Shown: positions 29,175 to 40,424 of the stretch, piece after piece | How the letters are laid out: every line of letters starts with the position of its first letter | Position numbering within the stretch: position 1 is the stretch's first letter | Program-made: the position numbers and the translations under genes | The notes under the pieces: generated by a model | The model's database searches: none | Seen by the model: the letters and a program-made list of their open reading frames with translations, nothing else | Told to the model about the DNA's origin: nothing | Assembly: GCA_039024555.1 (NCBI GenBank) | Contig: JBCCQQ010000017.1 | Span: forward strand, 1-64,000 | DNA: 64,000 nucleotides | Origin: Cyanobacteria bacterium P01_D01_bin.156 | GTDB taxonomy: Bacteria; Cyanobacteriota; Cyanobacteriia; Phormidesmidales; Phormidesmidaceae | Direction: 5' to 3'

Positions 29175-30401
29175 TTAGATACTTCTCAGGGCTACAATCG
29201 GGTCCAGCTTGGCGGCCTGACGAGCGGGAATCACACCAAAAAATAGCCCAATACTGCCAGATACCCCCACCGCCATAACGATTGCGGCGGCAGAGGCCGA
29301 TGATTTAAACGGGGTGAGCAAGCTAAGCAGTCCAATACCGCTCACCCCCACGAGCGTTCCTACGATACCGCCAGCAGCTGAGAGAATAATGGCTTCGATT
29401 AAAAACTGAATCAGAATGTCTTGCTGAGATGCGCCAACAGCTTTGCGGAGGCCAATTTCTTGGGTGCGTTCGCGCACAGACACCAACATGATGTTCATGA
29501 TGCCAATGCCTCCTACCAATAGCGAAATACTTGCGATCGCAGCCAGCATCAATGTCAATGCTCCCGTAATCGTATCGGCAATGGTTAGCAGCGTATCCTG
29601 ATTTTGGATGAAAAAATCGTCCTCTGCTGGGTCTACGATGCCGTGCCGTAAACGCAACAAATTAGCCACCTGAAACTCTGCTGTTTGTAAGCTTTCTGCG
29701 TCTCGGGCCGTCGCTGAAATAAAACTCACCTCAATGCCGTAGGGAGATGTACGACCGACAATACGGCTTGCCTGGGTGGTGATGGGAATCATCAGCGCAT
29801 CATCGTAGTTGACCCCCAGATTAGACCCCTGGAGTTCTAGCACCCCGACTACCTCAAACGTGACGTTATTGATGCGGATAGATTGCCCCAGGGGAACCTG
29901 TTCATCAAATAGTCGTTCTGCTAGGGCACTGCCCAACACCGTCACGGCGCTATTGCGTTGCATATCTAGGTCAGAAATAAATCGCCCCTGATCCATCGTA
30001 AAATTGCGTACAGTGATGAAAGCCGGATTAGTGCCAATGACGCTGGCATTGGCATTACGATTGAGAAACGTGATCAAGCCTGGAGTTGTATTTTCAGCCG
30101 CCACATCCACGACTGAGGGAACCTGTTCCGCAATCGCCTGAGCGTCCGCCAATACTAGATTGCGAGCAATTTCTAATCCCCCTAATCGCCGTGTTTCACG
30201 ATTCCCCGGCACGATAAACAGAATGTTAGGGCCTAGGCTCTGAAGCTGTTCATTAATGTAGCGACGCCCGCCTTCACCCAAACCCACCATGGCAATGACC
30301 GACGCATTGCCAATAATAATCCCCAACATAGTTAACCCGCTGCGAAGCTTACTGGCAGTTAGGGTTTTAACAGCCATCTTGAGGCTTTCGCGAAAATCCA
30401 T
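29175..30401 (-). CDS. ABC transporter permease (MacB/FtsX type)
   Basis: LRSGLTMLGIIIG, VGGIGIMNIMLVSVRERTQEIGLRKAVGA, PARQAAKLDPIVALR. Confidence 0.95.
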   Translation of the reverse strand: MDFRESLKMAVKTLTASKLRSGLTMLGIIIGNASVIAMVGLGEGGRRYINEQLQSLGPNILFIVPGNRETRRLGGLEIARNLVLADAQAIAEQVPSVVDVAAENTTPGLITFLNRNANASVIGTNPAFITVRNFTMDQGRFISDLDMQRNSAVTVLGSALAERLFDEQVPLGQSIRINNVTFEVVGVLELQGSNLGVNYDDALMIPITTQASRIVGRTSPYGIEVSFISATARDAESLQTAEFQVANLLRLRHGIVDPAEDDFFIQNQDTLLTIADTITGALTLMLAAIASISLLVGGIGIMNIMLVSVRERTQEIGLRKAVGASQQDILIQFLIEAIILSAAGGIVGTLVGVSGIGLLSLLTPFKSSASAAAIVMAVGVSGSIGLFFGVIPARQAAKLDPIVALRSI

Positions 30402-30496
30402 TGGTTACACAGAAAACTAGGAAATGAGCAACGGGAAATGAAAACCGCCCGCTATTACTTAGGATAAATGGCTCATCTCATAACGACATCCATCAC

Positions 30497-30521
30497 AAAG
30501 GGCATCCAACATGGATGCCCT
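30497..30521 (-). terminator. Hairpin, probable terminator downstream of glgC
   Basis: Perfect 10-bp stem AGGGCATCCA-ACA-TGGATGCCCT with only a short T run on the minus strand. Confidence 0.5.
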
Positions 30522-30602
30522 GGCCAGAAAAGTCAAGACGTTGCTGAACCTTCAAACAAATGCAGCACGTTGCTCTCTGTTCCCTAGTCAACAGGTTCTC
30601 GA

Positions 30603-31892
30603 CTAAATAATCATGCCGTCAGGAATAACAGCATTCTTGAGCACAACAACAATGCCACTGCGGATATAGAATCCAAGATCTTCCCGCTCAGCCTCTTGAA
30701 TATCCTCCTTATTGAGAATTTTCACATTGCTACCAATGCGAGCATTTTTGTCAATAATGGCGTTTCTAATAACGGTGCTTTCTCCGATACCGACCGGAAT
30801 TTTGCCACGGGTCAGGTGTTGTTGCCCCTCTAAAGAGGACTCATAATAATCTGAACCCATTAGCAAGGCATTTTGAATATCGCACTTAGCACCAATGCGC
30901 TGTCGTAGACCAATCACAGTGCGGTGAATGCGACATTCTTTGAGAATGCAACCATCCCCTACGATGGATTCAGTAATGTGAGAATTCCAAACCTTACTGG
31001 GGGGCAAGTAACGAGCCCGAGTGTAAATAGGAGCCTTCTCTTCGTAGAAGCTAAAGGGAGGACGGGGTTGCTGAGTAAGGGCTAAATTGGCATTGAAAAA
31101 GGCCTCGATAGTTCCGATATCTTCCCAATAACCATCAAATAGATAGGCTTGTACGTTGTAGTCGCGAGCAGAGCCTGGAATAATTTCTTTACCAAAATCT
31201 GTCTGTTCAGGAGAGCGTCGCAGTAGATCAATGAGCGCTTGCTTCTTGAACACATAAATTCCCATGGAAGCAATAAAAGGCTTCTCCTTAGCTTCTTCAG
31301 GATTTAGCCCGAGGGTAGTGGTATCCACCTTCATGGATTCTAAGGCATCGCCCTTGGGCTTCTCGTTGAAGTCAATAATGCGTCCTGTGCCGTCAATTTT
31401 CATGAGGCCAAAGCTCGATGCCACTTTGTAGTCCACCGGTACAACCGACAGGGTGATATCAGCTCCGGTTGCACGATGGTGCTCTACAAATAGACCATAG
31501 TCCATGCGATAGAGATGGTCGCCTGAAAGGATAATCACCTCATCCACATCCCAGCTTTCAAACAACCATAGGTATTTGCGTACAGCATCGGCAGTACCCT
31601 GGAACCAGCTAGGACTTTCAGGTGTTTGCTGAGCGGCTAGCACCTCAACAAAACCATCACTAAACTGGGAAAAATTATAGGCGCGGGTGATATGACGGTT
31701 GAGAGAGGCGGAATTAAACTGCGTGAGAACGTAAATCTTTAAGATTTCTGAGTTAATACAGTTGCTAACGGGAATGTCAATTAATCGATATTTACCGGCT
31801 AGGGGAACTGCGGGCTTTGCACGAAACTTAGTTAAAGGGTAGAGGCGAGTACCAGCACCGCCGCCGAGAATGATTGAAAGAACTCTTTTCAC
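30603..31892 (-). CDS. glgC: Glucose-1-phosphate adenylyltransferase
   Basis: [49 protein letters not shown]. Confidence 0.98.
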   Translation of the reverse strand: MKRVLSIILGGGAGTRLYPLTKFRAKPAVPLAGKYRLIDIPVSNCINSEILKIYVLTQFNSASLNRHITRAYNFSQFSDGFVEVLAAQQTPESPSWFQGTADAVRKYLWLFESWDVDEVIILSGDHLYRMDYGLFVEHHRATGADITLSVVPVDYKVASSFGLMKIDGTGRIIDFNEKPKGDALESMKVDTTTLGLNPEEAKEKPFIASMGIYVFKKQALIDLLRRSPEQTDFGKEIIPGSARDYNVQAYLFDGYWEDIGTIEAFFNANLALTQQPRPPFSFYEEKAPIYTRARYLPPSKVWNSHITESIVGDGCILKECRIHRTVIGLRQRIGAKCDIQNALLMGSDYYESSLEGQQHLTRGKIPVGIGESTVIRNAIIDKNARIGSNVKILNKEDIQEAEREDLGFYIRSGIVVVLKNAVIPDGMII

Positions 31893-32307
31893 AGGATCGT
31901 CTCACTAGCGCAGTTTATTAATTCATTATTTAGTTTGAGGGTGTATCTAATCCTTGACAAGAGGTTGCAACAAATTAGTGGGTGCTTTGTGCTCTCAGAT
32001 ACCTGCTAGATATAAACAGTTCTTTGCCTCACCTATGGCTGATATAAGTTGAGCCAATGGAAATAGCCCACCTAGCTTACATTTCGGCTGGGTGAAAAAG
32101 AGAAACTCTTACAAAAAACACGCTGAAAAACCGGGTAAGCGTGTGGTTGAAACTACGGCCTTTGGGTATAAGTTTTAGCGCTGTTGCCTCTCGGTATTTT
32201 TTAGGGATACATGCCTTGTCTCCTTAAGGCTTGGCAGCGTCTTTCAGGCCATCAAGCACCAATGATTGGCTTGCCCCATGAATGTGTGGCAGCCGTTGCA
32301 AGGGCGT

Positions 32308-33669
32308 CTACAGTCGTCCGGCGATTTTAGGCGCTTGGTGCTGCTGAGTTAAGGGTCCCTGCTCTAAAACATAGCGAGCCACATCACGGATAATCTGGCG
32401 CAGTCTGCCTTGGTTGGCACTCTTATCAATGGTTACGGTCATGACATAGCGTTCCTCACCCACTCTAAAAGCGACTGTGCTGCCAATAACGGATGAATTT
32501 TGCCCAGTTTTTTCACCAATCCAAAAAATATCGGGCTTTTCCTTGACCAGTGCTCGATAACCAAAATCTAGATCGTATTGGCCTACCAAGGCGTTGAGAA
32601 TTTCTTCATCACTATCCTTGGTGAAGCTATAGATCCGCATCATCATTTGAGTGAGTTCATCGGCAGTGCTCCGATTGCGTCCAGAACCCATCGTTTTTGG
32701 AAACGTTCGGTTACCCACTAATTTATGACCCACTATTGTGTTGGTGAATCCCTCGGCCTTCAGGGCCTGATTAATGGTGTCATACCCCATATAGTCAATG
32801 AGTTGATTGGTAGCGATGTTATTACTTTCCGTAATCATCCGTACCATCACCTCACGCAGGGTGTAGTTTTTATCGATAAAAATCTTGGCGCCTTGGGCAT
32901 TTTCAGTAAAATTTTCGGGGTCGATATAAATCTGTTCGTCCAAACTCGCTTTGCCCATGGTCACCTGGTGCATTAACGCCATGGCTAGAGGTAACTTAAC
33001 CAGGCTAGCTAAACTGACTGGGGGGATATCTCCGCGAAAGGATCGACACTCAGTGGTGCCTAACTGACAGAGGGAAATTCTAACCGCATTTTGATTGCCA
33101 GTCGCAGCGGCGATGGGGACTAAAAAATCAGACTCCTGCTGATTGATGCGACGACTGACAAAAGTGGCGATAGTGCCATACTCCTTCAGCTTTGTTTGGG
33201 CTTGAGTATACTCAGGTGCATCGCTGCTGATGGCCTCTAAGGTCTGTACCGCATCTTGCCAGAGGGCCGCTTCTTGACGGCTCAGTTCTACACTTTCACC
33301 TTGCTGCCTTAGGGCTAAAGCTTCTTGAGCGATCGCAATCGCCCGCCTGTAACGCACGGCGGGCTGATAGCTTTCTAGTGCCTGTTGCGTTAACTCATGG
33401 CTCAAACGGCTCAAGGTCAGATAGGGCCGTACTATGCCATCACTATTAACTAGCTGACTCTGCGGTGCTGTTTTCGAGCTTGTATCTGCAGTTGGTGGGA
33501 CGAAAACATTTTTGGTTGCTGCTGCCCAATTCTTTGATGAGGTTAACCACGCTGATGGTCGCTGAAGTTTAATCAACAAAAACAGGCCAAATGTACTGCT
33601 AGACAAGATAAGCAGCCATAACCCTGTCCGACGCCAAACGGATTTAGCAGAGGATTGGAAAAAGATCAT
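32308..33669 (-). CDS. Membrane-anchored serine hydrolase with a class A beta-lactamase/PBP-like domain
   Basis: N-terminal TM helix and helical linker, then SxxK (SLVK), SxN (SNN) and KTG motifs. Confidence 0.85.
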   Translation of the reverse strand: MIFFQSSAKSVWRRTGLWLLILSSSTFGLFLLIKLQRPSAWLTSSKNWAAATKNVFVPPTADTSSKTAPQSQLVNSDGIVRPYLTLSRLSHELTQQALESYQPAVRYRRAIAIAQEALALRQQGESVELSRQEAALWQDAVQTLEAISSDAPEYTQAQTKLKEYGTIATFVSRRINQQESDFLVPIAAATGNQNAVRISLCQLGTTECRSFRGDIPPVSLASLVKLPLAMALMHQVTMGKASLDEQIYIDPENFTENAQGAKIFIDKNYTLREVMVRMITESNNIATNQLIDYMGYDTINQALKAEGFTNTIVGHKLVGNRTFPKTMGSGRNRSTADELTQMMMRIYSFTKDSDEEILNALVGQYDLDFGYRALVKEKPDIFWIGEKTGQNSSVIGSTVAFRVGEERYVMTVTIDKSANQGRLRQIIRDVARYVLEQGPLTQQHQAPKIAGRL

Positions 33670-34001
33670 AGGGATCTGATAAACCGGAATAACTTTACTG
33701 CGGCAGCGACATTCAGCAACACTTGTATAAGATGAACAAAATCTTGACTTTGTCCACCATCAGATGAACATCATTAATCTATTCATCGTTGATAAAAAGT
33801 TAATAGAAAAATAATAGATAAGATTGTACTCACCTACACATTTCCTCAAAAACCCTTGATATGTCCTTATTATTTATGTGGTGAATTACGTTGAGGTCTA
33901 AATCCCCTGACTTTTTAGAGTCTTGCAAGACCGTAGCTCCATGACTACCATTCCCGCCTATACTGTTAGCTTGGAATTGCTAGGCGTACTGAGGAGCCCG
34001 A

Positions 34002-35447
34002 ATGTCAGTCATCCGCACGTTGCAGCAACAGCTCATCCAAAAAGAGCGTACTGCGGTTGAAATTTCTCAAGAATATTTGGATCGTATACAGGCCCTTGAG
34101 CCAAAGCTCCATAGTTTTTTGGCCGTGACGGTGGATAAGGCATTGGCTCAGGCCCAGGAAGTGGATGCTGCGATCGCAGCTGGACAGCCCCTTGGGCCTC
34201 TAACGGGGATTCCCATTGCCCTCAAGGACAACCTTTGTACTCAGGGAATTGAAACAACCTGTGCCTCAAAAATTCTCAAGGGATTTATTCCACCCTATGA
34301 ATCGACGGTAACCCAGCGGCTGGCAGATGCGGGTGCTATTTTCCTGGGTAAGACCAACATGGATGAGTTTGCCATGGGCAGCTCTACCGAAAACTCTGCC
34401 TATCAGCTAACGGCCAACCCTTGGGATACTAGCCGAGTTCCGGGGGGCTCCTCGGGGGGGTCGGCGGCAGCGGTGGCAGCTGACCAGGCCCCGATTTCCC
34501 TGGGGTCAGATACAGGGGGCTCGATTCGTCAGCCTGCGGCCTACTGTGGCGTAGTGGGGATGAAGCCCACCTATGGTTTGGTGTCTCGTTATGGTCTGGT
34601 GGCTTTTGCTTCATCCTTAGATCAGATCGGGCCGTTTGGTCGAACCGTTGAGGACGCGGCAATTTTGTTAGGCGCGATCGCAGGTCACGATGCTAAAGAT
34701 TCCACCAGTCTCAAGGTAGACATTCCCGATTACACCCAACACTTAAAAACGGATTTAAAGGGTAAGCGTATTGGTCTGGTTAAAGAAACCTTTGGTAAAG
34801 GGGTGGACGGTGATGTGGCTAAGGCTATGGATGCTGCCATTGTCCAGCTCAAAGAATTAGGTGCAGAAATCGTTGAAATTTCCTGCCCCAACTTTAAATA
34901 CGGTCTGCCCACTTACTACATCATTGCCCCGTCTGAAGCATCATCTAACCTGGCCCGCTACGACGGTGTCCGCTACGGCATGCGCACAGAAACTGACAAT
35001 TTATTGTCCATGTATAAACAAACTCGGGCAGAAGGGTTTGGGCCTGAGGTGAAACGCCGCATTATGATTGGCACCTATGCCCTGTCTGCCGGATACTACG
35101 ATGCCTATTATCTGCAGGCCCAAAAAGTGCGCACACTGATCAAACAAGACTTTGAAACTGCTTTCAAAGAAGTAGATGTCTTGATGACACCGACGGTACC
35201 CAGTACAGCATTTAAGGCCGGAGAAAAGGTAGATGATCCTTTGAGTATGTATCTATCCGACCTGATGACCATTACCGTCAACTTGGCAGGTTTACCGGGT
35301 CTCAGTGTGCCCTGTGGATTTGACCAGGGGGGCATGCCTATTGGTATGCAGCTCATTGGTAACGTGCTGCGGGAAGACACCCTATTTGAAGTGGCCTCTG
35401 CCTATGAAAACTCTACCCCTTGGCATAAAGAGATGCCGGAAATATAG
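34002..35447 (+). CDS. gatA: Asp-tRNA(Asn)/Glu-tRNA(Gln) amidotransferase subunit A
   Basis: [56 protein letters not shown]. Confidence 0.98.
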   Translation: MSVIRTLQQQLIQKERTAVEISQEYLDRIQALEPKLHSFLAVTVDKALAQAQEVDAAIAAGQPLGPLTGIPIALKDNLCTQGIETTCASKILKGFIPPYESTVTQRLADAGAIFLGKTNMDEFAMGSSTENSAYQLTANPWDTSRVPGGSSGGSAAAVAADQAPISLGSDTGGSIRQPAAYCGVVGMKPTYGLVSRYGLVAFASSLDQIGPFGRTVEDAAILLGAIAGHDAKDSTSLKVDIPDYTQHLKTDLKGKRIGLVKETFGKGVDGDVAKAMDAAIVQLKELGAEIVEISCPNFKYGLPTYYIIAPSEASSNLARYDGVRYGMRTETDNLLSMYKQTRAEGFGPEVKRRIMIGTYALSAGYYDAYYLQAQKVRTLIKQDFETAFKEVDVLMTPTVPSTAFKAGEKVDDPLSMYLSDLMTITVNLAGLPGLSVPCGFDQGGMPIGMQLIGNVLREDTLFEVASAYENSTPWHKEMPEI

Positions 35448-35521
35448 CGCTCTGAGTTTGTACAACAGGTAGCTGAAGAGGGCTGTTAATAATAAGCAAT
35501 AAGCAACTGCATAGGTTTGAG

Positions 35522-35556
35522 AGCAGGAGATTACATTCAGCGGTCTCCTGCTTTTT
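35522..35556 (+). terminator. Intrinsic terminator after gatA
   Basis: AGCAGGAGA...TCTCCTGCT followed by TTTT. Confidence 0.7.
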
Positions 35557-35678
35557 GCGTATATCTACTTATAAATAAGGTGTTTGGGAGCAAGTTTGAA
35601 TGAACCCCATAGAAATTACCGAATGCCTGGAGAAGATATTTTTCAGGAGTTCTACTGCTAGGGGGTGAGGGCTCTATT

Positions 35679-35694
35679 TGTGATACTGATCACA
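35679..35694. promoter_or_regulatory. CRP-type site TGTGA-N6-TCACA
   Basis: TGTGATACTGATCACA is a perfect consensus match, ~75 bp upstream of the PEP-CTERM gene. Confidence 0.65.
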
Positions 35695-35698
35695 GCCA

Positions 35699-35714
35699 TG
35701 TAGCAAAAGCTACA
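35699..35714. promoter_or_regulatory. NtcA-type site TGTA-N8-TACA
   Basis: TGTAGCAAAAGCTACA is a perfect consensus match with an extended palindrome. Confidence 0.65.
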
Positions 35715-35767
35715 CACAAATTTCGGGCTAAATCATTGTTTCAGTATCGAAGAAAGGACCACCCAAT

Positions 35768-36634
35768 ATGAAGCGTAGTTATCAGATTTTATTGGCAGCA
35801 ACCTTGGCTTTTGCCGCCCCTCTAGCCGTCGCTCCCTTAGCCCAGGCAAATGAGTTTGATGATGGTTCTCTACCTATCTTTAGCGAATTCACCATTGACG
35901 GGATTACGGCTAAGGTGACTAAAGGAATTAACTTAGACAGTGACCCCAACGGTTCTCTGGGTGCCTTTTCTGATTTCTACTATAACGATGGAATCGTTAA
36001 CATTGACTTTAATGATTCCAGTCAGCGCCAGGCTGTTGCCGGTAAGCAGAACGCCTATACTTTTGGCGATGAGTCTATGATTTTCACCTTTGATAAGGCC
36101 CTAGGCACTAATAGAACCAACATTATCAGTGATAAATGGGCTCCTACAGGAGCTAATGCAGAAAGGAATACCTCTGATTATTTAGCTGTTTTTAAAGGTA
36201 ATTCGGTTACCGTTGATTTAGAAGATAGCCTCAACTACTTTGGTATGAACTGGGGAGCATTGAGCTCCTCGAACAAGTTTGAGTTCTTGCAAGTTGACGA
36301 CAACGGTGTTGAAACTAGCCTGGGTCTGTTTGACTACAACAATGTGTTTGGAGGAGGTGATTCCAAGCTCCCCACCAAAGCCGCGCATCACGGTGGTGAG
36401 TACAACGGTTACGTTCACTTCTATGCCAATGAAGAAGAAGGACTGTTCAATCGCATTAAAATTACTCAGGCTGGTGGCGGCGGTTTCGAAACCGATAACT
36501 ATTCCTTCCGTTTTAGCGATCAGGCATTTGACTTTGAAGAGGGTACAGATGCCACTCATGTTCCTGAGCCTGGTGCTCTGTTAGGTCTAGCTGCCCTTGG
36601 CAGTATGATGATTCGTCGTCGTTTAATGGCCTAG
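35768..36634 (+). CDS. PEP-CTERM (exosortase-dependent) surface protein
   Basis: Signal peptide (..PLAQA|N) and C-terminal VPEPGALLGLAALGSMMIRRR. Confidence 0.92.
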   Translation: MKRSYQILLAATLAFAAPLAVAPLAQANEFDDGSLPIFSEFTIDGITAKVTKGINLDSDPNGSLGAFSDFYYNDGIVNIDFNDSSQRQAVAGKQNAYTFGDESMIFTFDKALGTNRTNIISDKWAPTGANAERNTSDYLAVFKGNSVTVDLEDSLNYFGMNWGALSSSNKFEFLQVDDNGVETSLGLFDYNNVFGGGDSKLPTKAAHHGGEYNGYVHFYANEEEGLFNRIKITQAGGGGFETDNYSFRFSDQAFDFEEGTDATHVPEPGALLGLAALGSMMIRRRLMA

Positions 36635-36687
36635 GATTAGGTTTGTCCTTGTTTCATAGCAGCTTAGTTTGATTAAGCTGTTTTAAG

Positions 36688-36726
36688 ACTGGTAGGTTCT
36701 CACTGTGGGGAGCCTGCCAGTTTTTT
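36688..36726 (+). terminator. Intrinsic terminator after the PEP-CTERM gene
   Basis: ACTGGTAGGTTCTC / GGGAGCCTGCCAGT stem with G-U pairs, followed by a T run. Confidence 0.75.
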
Positions 36727-36840
36727 AATACTTGGGGTTGATAAAACTCTGCGATCGCAGCACTTCTGTGAATTCTAAGGACAAAGGGCTACGATCTGAA
36801 GGCCATCCTTAAATACACCAGTGGGCATATGGTTTGGTAG

Positions 36841-37926
<1,086 letters not shown>

Positions 37927-38343
37927 CTCCCAATCCTGGTTATCTATTCCCAATATTTTGGAGCCAGTATAAAAAGCTGCCCCTGTGGAGCGATCTATTG
38001 CTCTCCAATAACTCTGGGAAATCAAGAGCTCTAGAACACTTATCTCACAAGAGTCACAGACATTAACCAGGCTCCCAATTTCTAAGGGGGCTCAATAAAG
38101 CTGAAACCCTTTCAAGGTAGTTGTTGTTAGAATTCAATACTTCCCAGGGTAAATAAAGAGGGCTATGGCAAACTGCTGAATACTTACAGCTGTTGAGTCT
38201 TCAGCGATCGCTGATGTTGTAACCTATGTGCGCCAGGCTATATTTTTAACTGGGTTTACTGTATCGAGTACATAGCTGATGCCCACTAGGTGCTTTGGCG
38301 ACAACCCACGGCCTGAGCTATGTGCACCAATGGCATTTTGAAT

Positions 38344-38393
38344 ATCCATAAAAAGAGCAGGGGATAAAACTGTCCCCTGCTCTTTTTATGGAT
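38344..38393. terminator. Perfect 21-bp inverted repeat, likely a bidirectional terminator
   Basis: ATCCATAAAAAGAGCAGGGGA-TAAAACTG-TCCCCTGCTCTTTTTATGGAT. Confidence 0.8.
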
Positions 38394-38603
38394 TTACGAA
38401 TTGTTTAGGAAGTTGGTGTGGTTTTTTCTGAAATAGTGCTGCAGGTTTGCAAGAAGAGTTTGTAAAACCGTAAATATGCCGTTTTTTCGTTAAGGGATAA
38501 ATCGCTCTGTCAGCGATGTAATTTCCTGGAATTTCTCAGATGTAATCACTTTGAGGCTGAAAAATCTATCCACATCTATGCAAGATTCTTTTGAAACGCC
38601 CCA

Positions 38604-40301
38604 ATGAGAATAGATAACTATGGAAAATTAAAAGAAAATCACGCCAGTTTGGATGGGCATCTACTGAATTTTAGACAGACTATTCATTTATTTTTCAATA
38701 AAACCGTGCCTAAGCCCCCCAATTCCAACCTTATCGGATGTTTGACCCTACTCGCTGCGTCTGGTACTGCCAGTTTAGACGCCGTCTATGCAGCAGAGGC
38801 TTTGCCAGATGGAGATACCCACGCTGATGCTAGCAATCTTAACCATGCTGAACCCACCAACTCATTGGAGCCTGGGGAGGTCATTCGCACCCACGCTCAA
38901 ACCCTTAACCCCGATGACAGCAGTCAACCTGTCTTTATTTCTCACAGTGATCGTCTCGGAGATACTACATTAAACAATCACGTAGCCCTGGAAAAAGAGG
39001 ATACCACCCAATCAGAGAAATTACAGTGGTTGATACAAACAGCAACCCGTGATACATCCACTAATAGTAATCTGTTGGCCGAAAGAAGAACAGCTAGCTC
39101 CGGGGTTCTAGAGGGGGAGCCAACCAGCCAAATCTTTGAACCAACTGGTTTAGACGCTAGGGTAAACCAGGATGAAATCGAATTAAGTGTTACCGATCAT
39201 GCGTCTACGGATAACCTCGCTGAGACAGCAGAGACTCTGCACTCAACGATAGCTCGGTCCGAGGAATCGATTTTAGCATCACCTGAATTGTTGATTTTGT
39301 CTATTGAACAAGAACAGATTGTAGAACCTCCTGTTCTGTCTGTGGAACCAGAGTCACTATCATCCTATACCGTTGATGGAACCTCACCTGATACTGTTGA
39401 TACCCCTGTGGTAACGTCGGCTCAATCTTTAACTGCGGAATACACTGAAGAGCCGGTATTAGTAACTGATACACCAGCCCAGCTGAGGACATCTGCCGCA
39501 TTAGAAACAGATGTTATAGCTCAGCTGCCCATTGAGCCACCTTTACCAGGAGGGCGTCCTGATGAAGCAACTGAGCAGCTTCTGGACGAACTTTTTCAGG
39601 CGGGTGAAACTATTAGAGAAAATAGTGGCTACAGTAGCTCCCCATCCGTTACCATCTCTAACCCATCGGGGTTTGGTGCCGATAACAGAACGGCTTTTAT
39701 AGGTGTAGGTTATCAAGAACGTACACGTTTTGCTAATAAAGATGATGGTGGACTGGTGGTAGGTGTTGGTTTGGGAGATGCTCGCGATAATGTTGGTGTG
39801 CAGCTCTCCTACACAGTCGCTAGCTTTGGAGGCAGTCGTGACTTTGGTGCGGGTGGATTCAATGCCAAGCTCCATAAGCGCTTGGCTGAAGACTGGTCCG
39901 TAGCCCTAGGTTGGGAAGGATTTATAACCACCGCCGATGTGGTGGACTTTGAAGACTCGATCTACGGCTCTGTTTCTCATATTATTCGAACTCGGGATAG
40001 TATTACTCAACCCTTTAGTCGGGTGGCCCTTACTGCGGGCGTGGGGAATGGTAGGTTTCGCACTGAAGATGATGTATTTGATGATCGCGACAGTATTGGT
40101 GTTTTTGGTAGTGTTGCCGTGCGGGTGGACGAACCAGTTAGTGCCATTGTGGAATGGACGGGGCAAGATTTGGCTGTAGGGCTATCGATTACGCCCTTTA
40201 AGGATGTGCCTTTGGTGATACTACCCGCAGTTCGTGATATTGCCGGCGCTGGTGATGGTGGTCGTTTTGTTATGGGTGCTGGTTTTTCATTCCGGTTTTG
40301 A
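38604..40301 (+). CDS. Outer-membrane beta-barrel protein with a long acidic disordered N-terminal region
   Basis: Signal-like LIGCLTLLAASGTASLDAVYA (probable GTG start at 38706), E/T/S/P-rich linker, amphipathic strands from SPSVTISNPSGFGAD, terminal GFSFRF. Confidence 0.8.
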   Translation: MRIDNYGKLKENHASLDGHLLNFRQTIHLFFNKTVPKPPNSNLIGCLTLLAASGTASLDAVYAAEALPDGDTHADASNLNHAEPTNSLEPGEVIRTHAQTLNPDDSSQPVFISHSDRLGDTTLNNHVALEKEDTTQSEKLQWLIQTATRDTSTNSNLLAERRTASSGVLEGEPTSQIFEPTGLDARVNQDEIELSVTDHASTDNLAETAETLHSTIARSEESILASPELLILSIEQEQIVEPPVLSVEPESLSSYTVDGTSPDTVDTPVVTSAQSLTAEYTEEPVLVTDTPAQLRTSAALETDVIAQLPIEPPLPGGRPDEATEQLLDELFQAGETIRENSGYSSSPSVTISNPSGFGADNRTAFIGVGYQERTRFANKDDGGLVVGVGLGDARDNVGVQLSYTVASFGGSRDFGAGGFNAKLHKRLAEDWSVALGWEGFITTADVVDFEDSIYGSVSHIIRTRDSITQPFSRVALTAGVGNGRFRTEDDVFDDRDSIGVFGSVAVRVDEPVSAIVEWTGQDLAVGLSITPFKDVPLVILPAVRDIAGAGDGGRFVMGAGFSFRF

Positions 40302-40424
40302 ATCTAGGGTTTTTCTTACAGTATCAATGATGATTTTTGCCTTGGGACGGTAATACTGTAGGCAGAAGGCTCTACCAATATCTAATGAACTAGAAATGTC
40401 TGATAGCTAGCCCCTCACATTGAG

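Noticed and set aside
38268..38325. Hammerhead ribozyme (CTGATG inside a closing stem)
   Set aside because: The core reads CTGATGC and GACA instead of CTGANGA and GAAA, and no convincing stem III forms.
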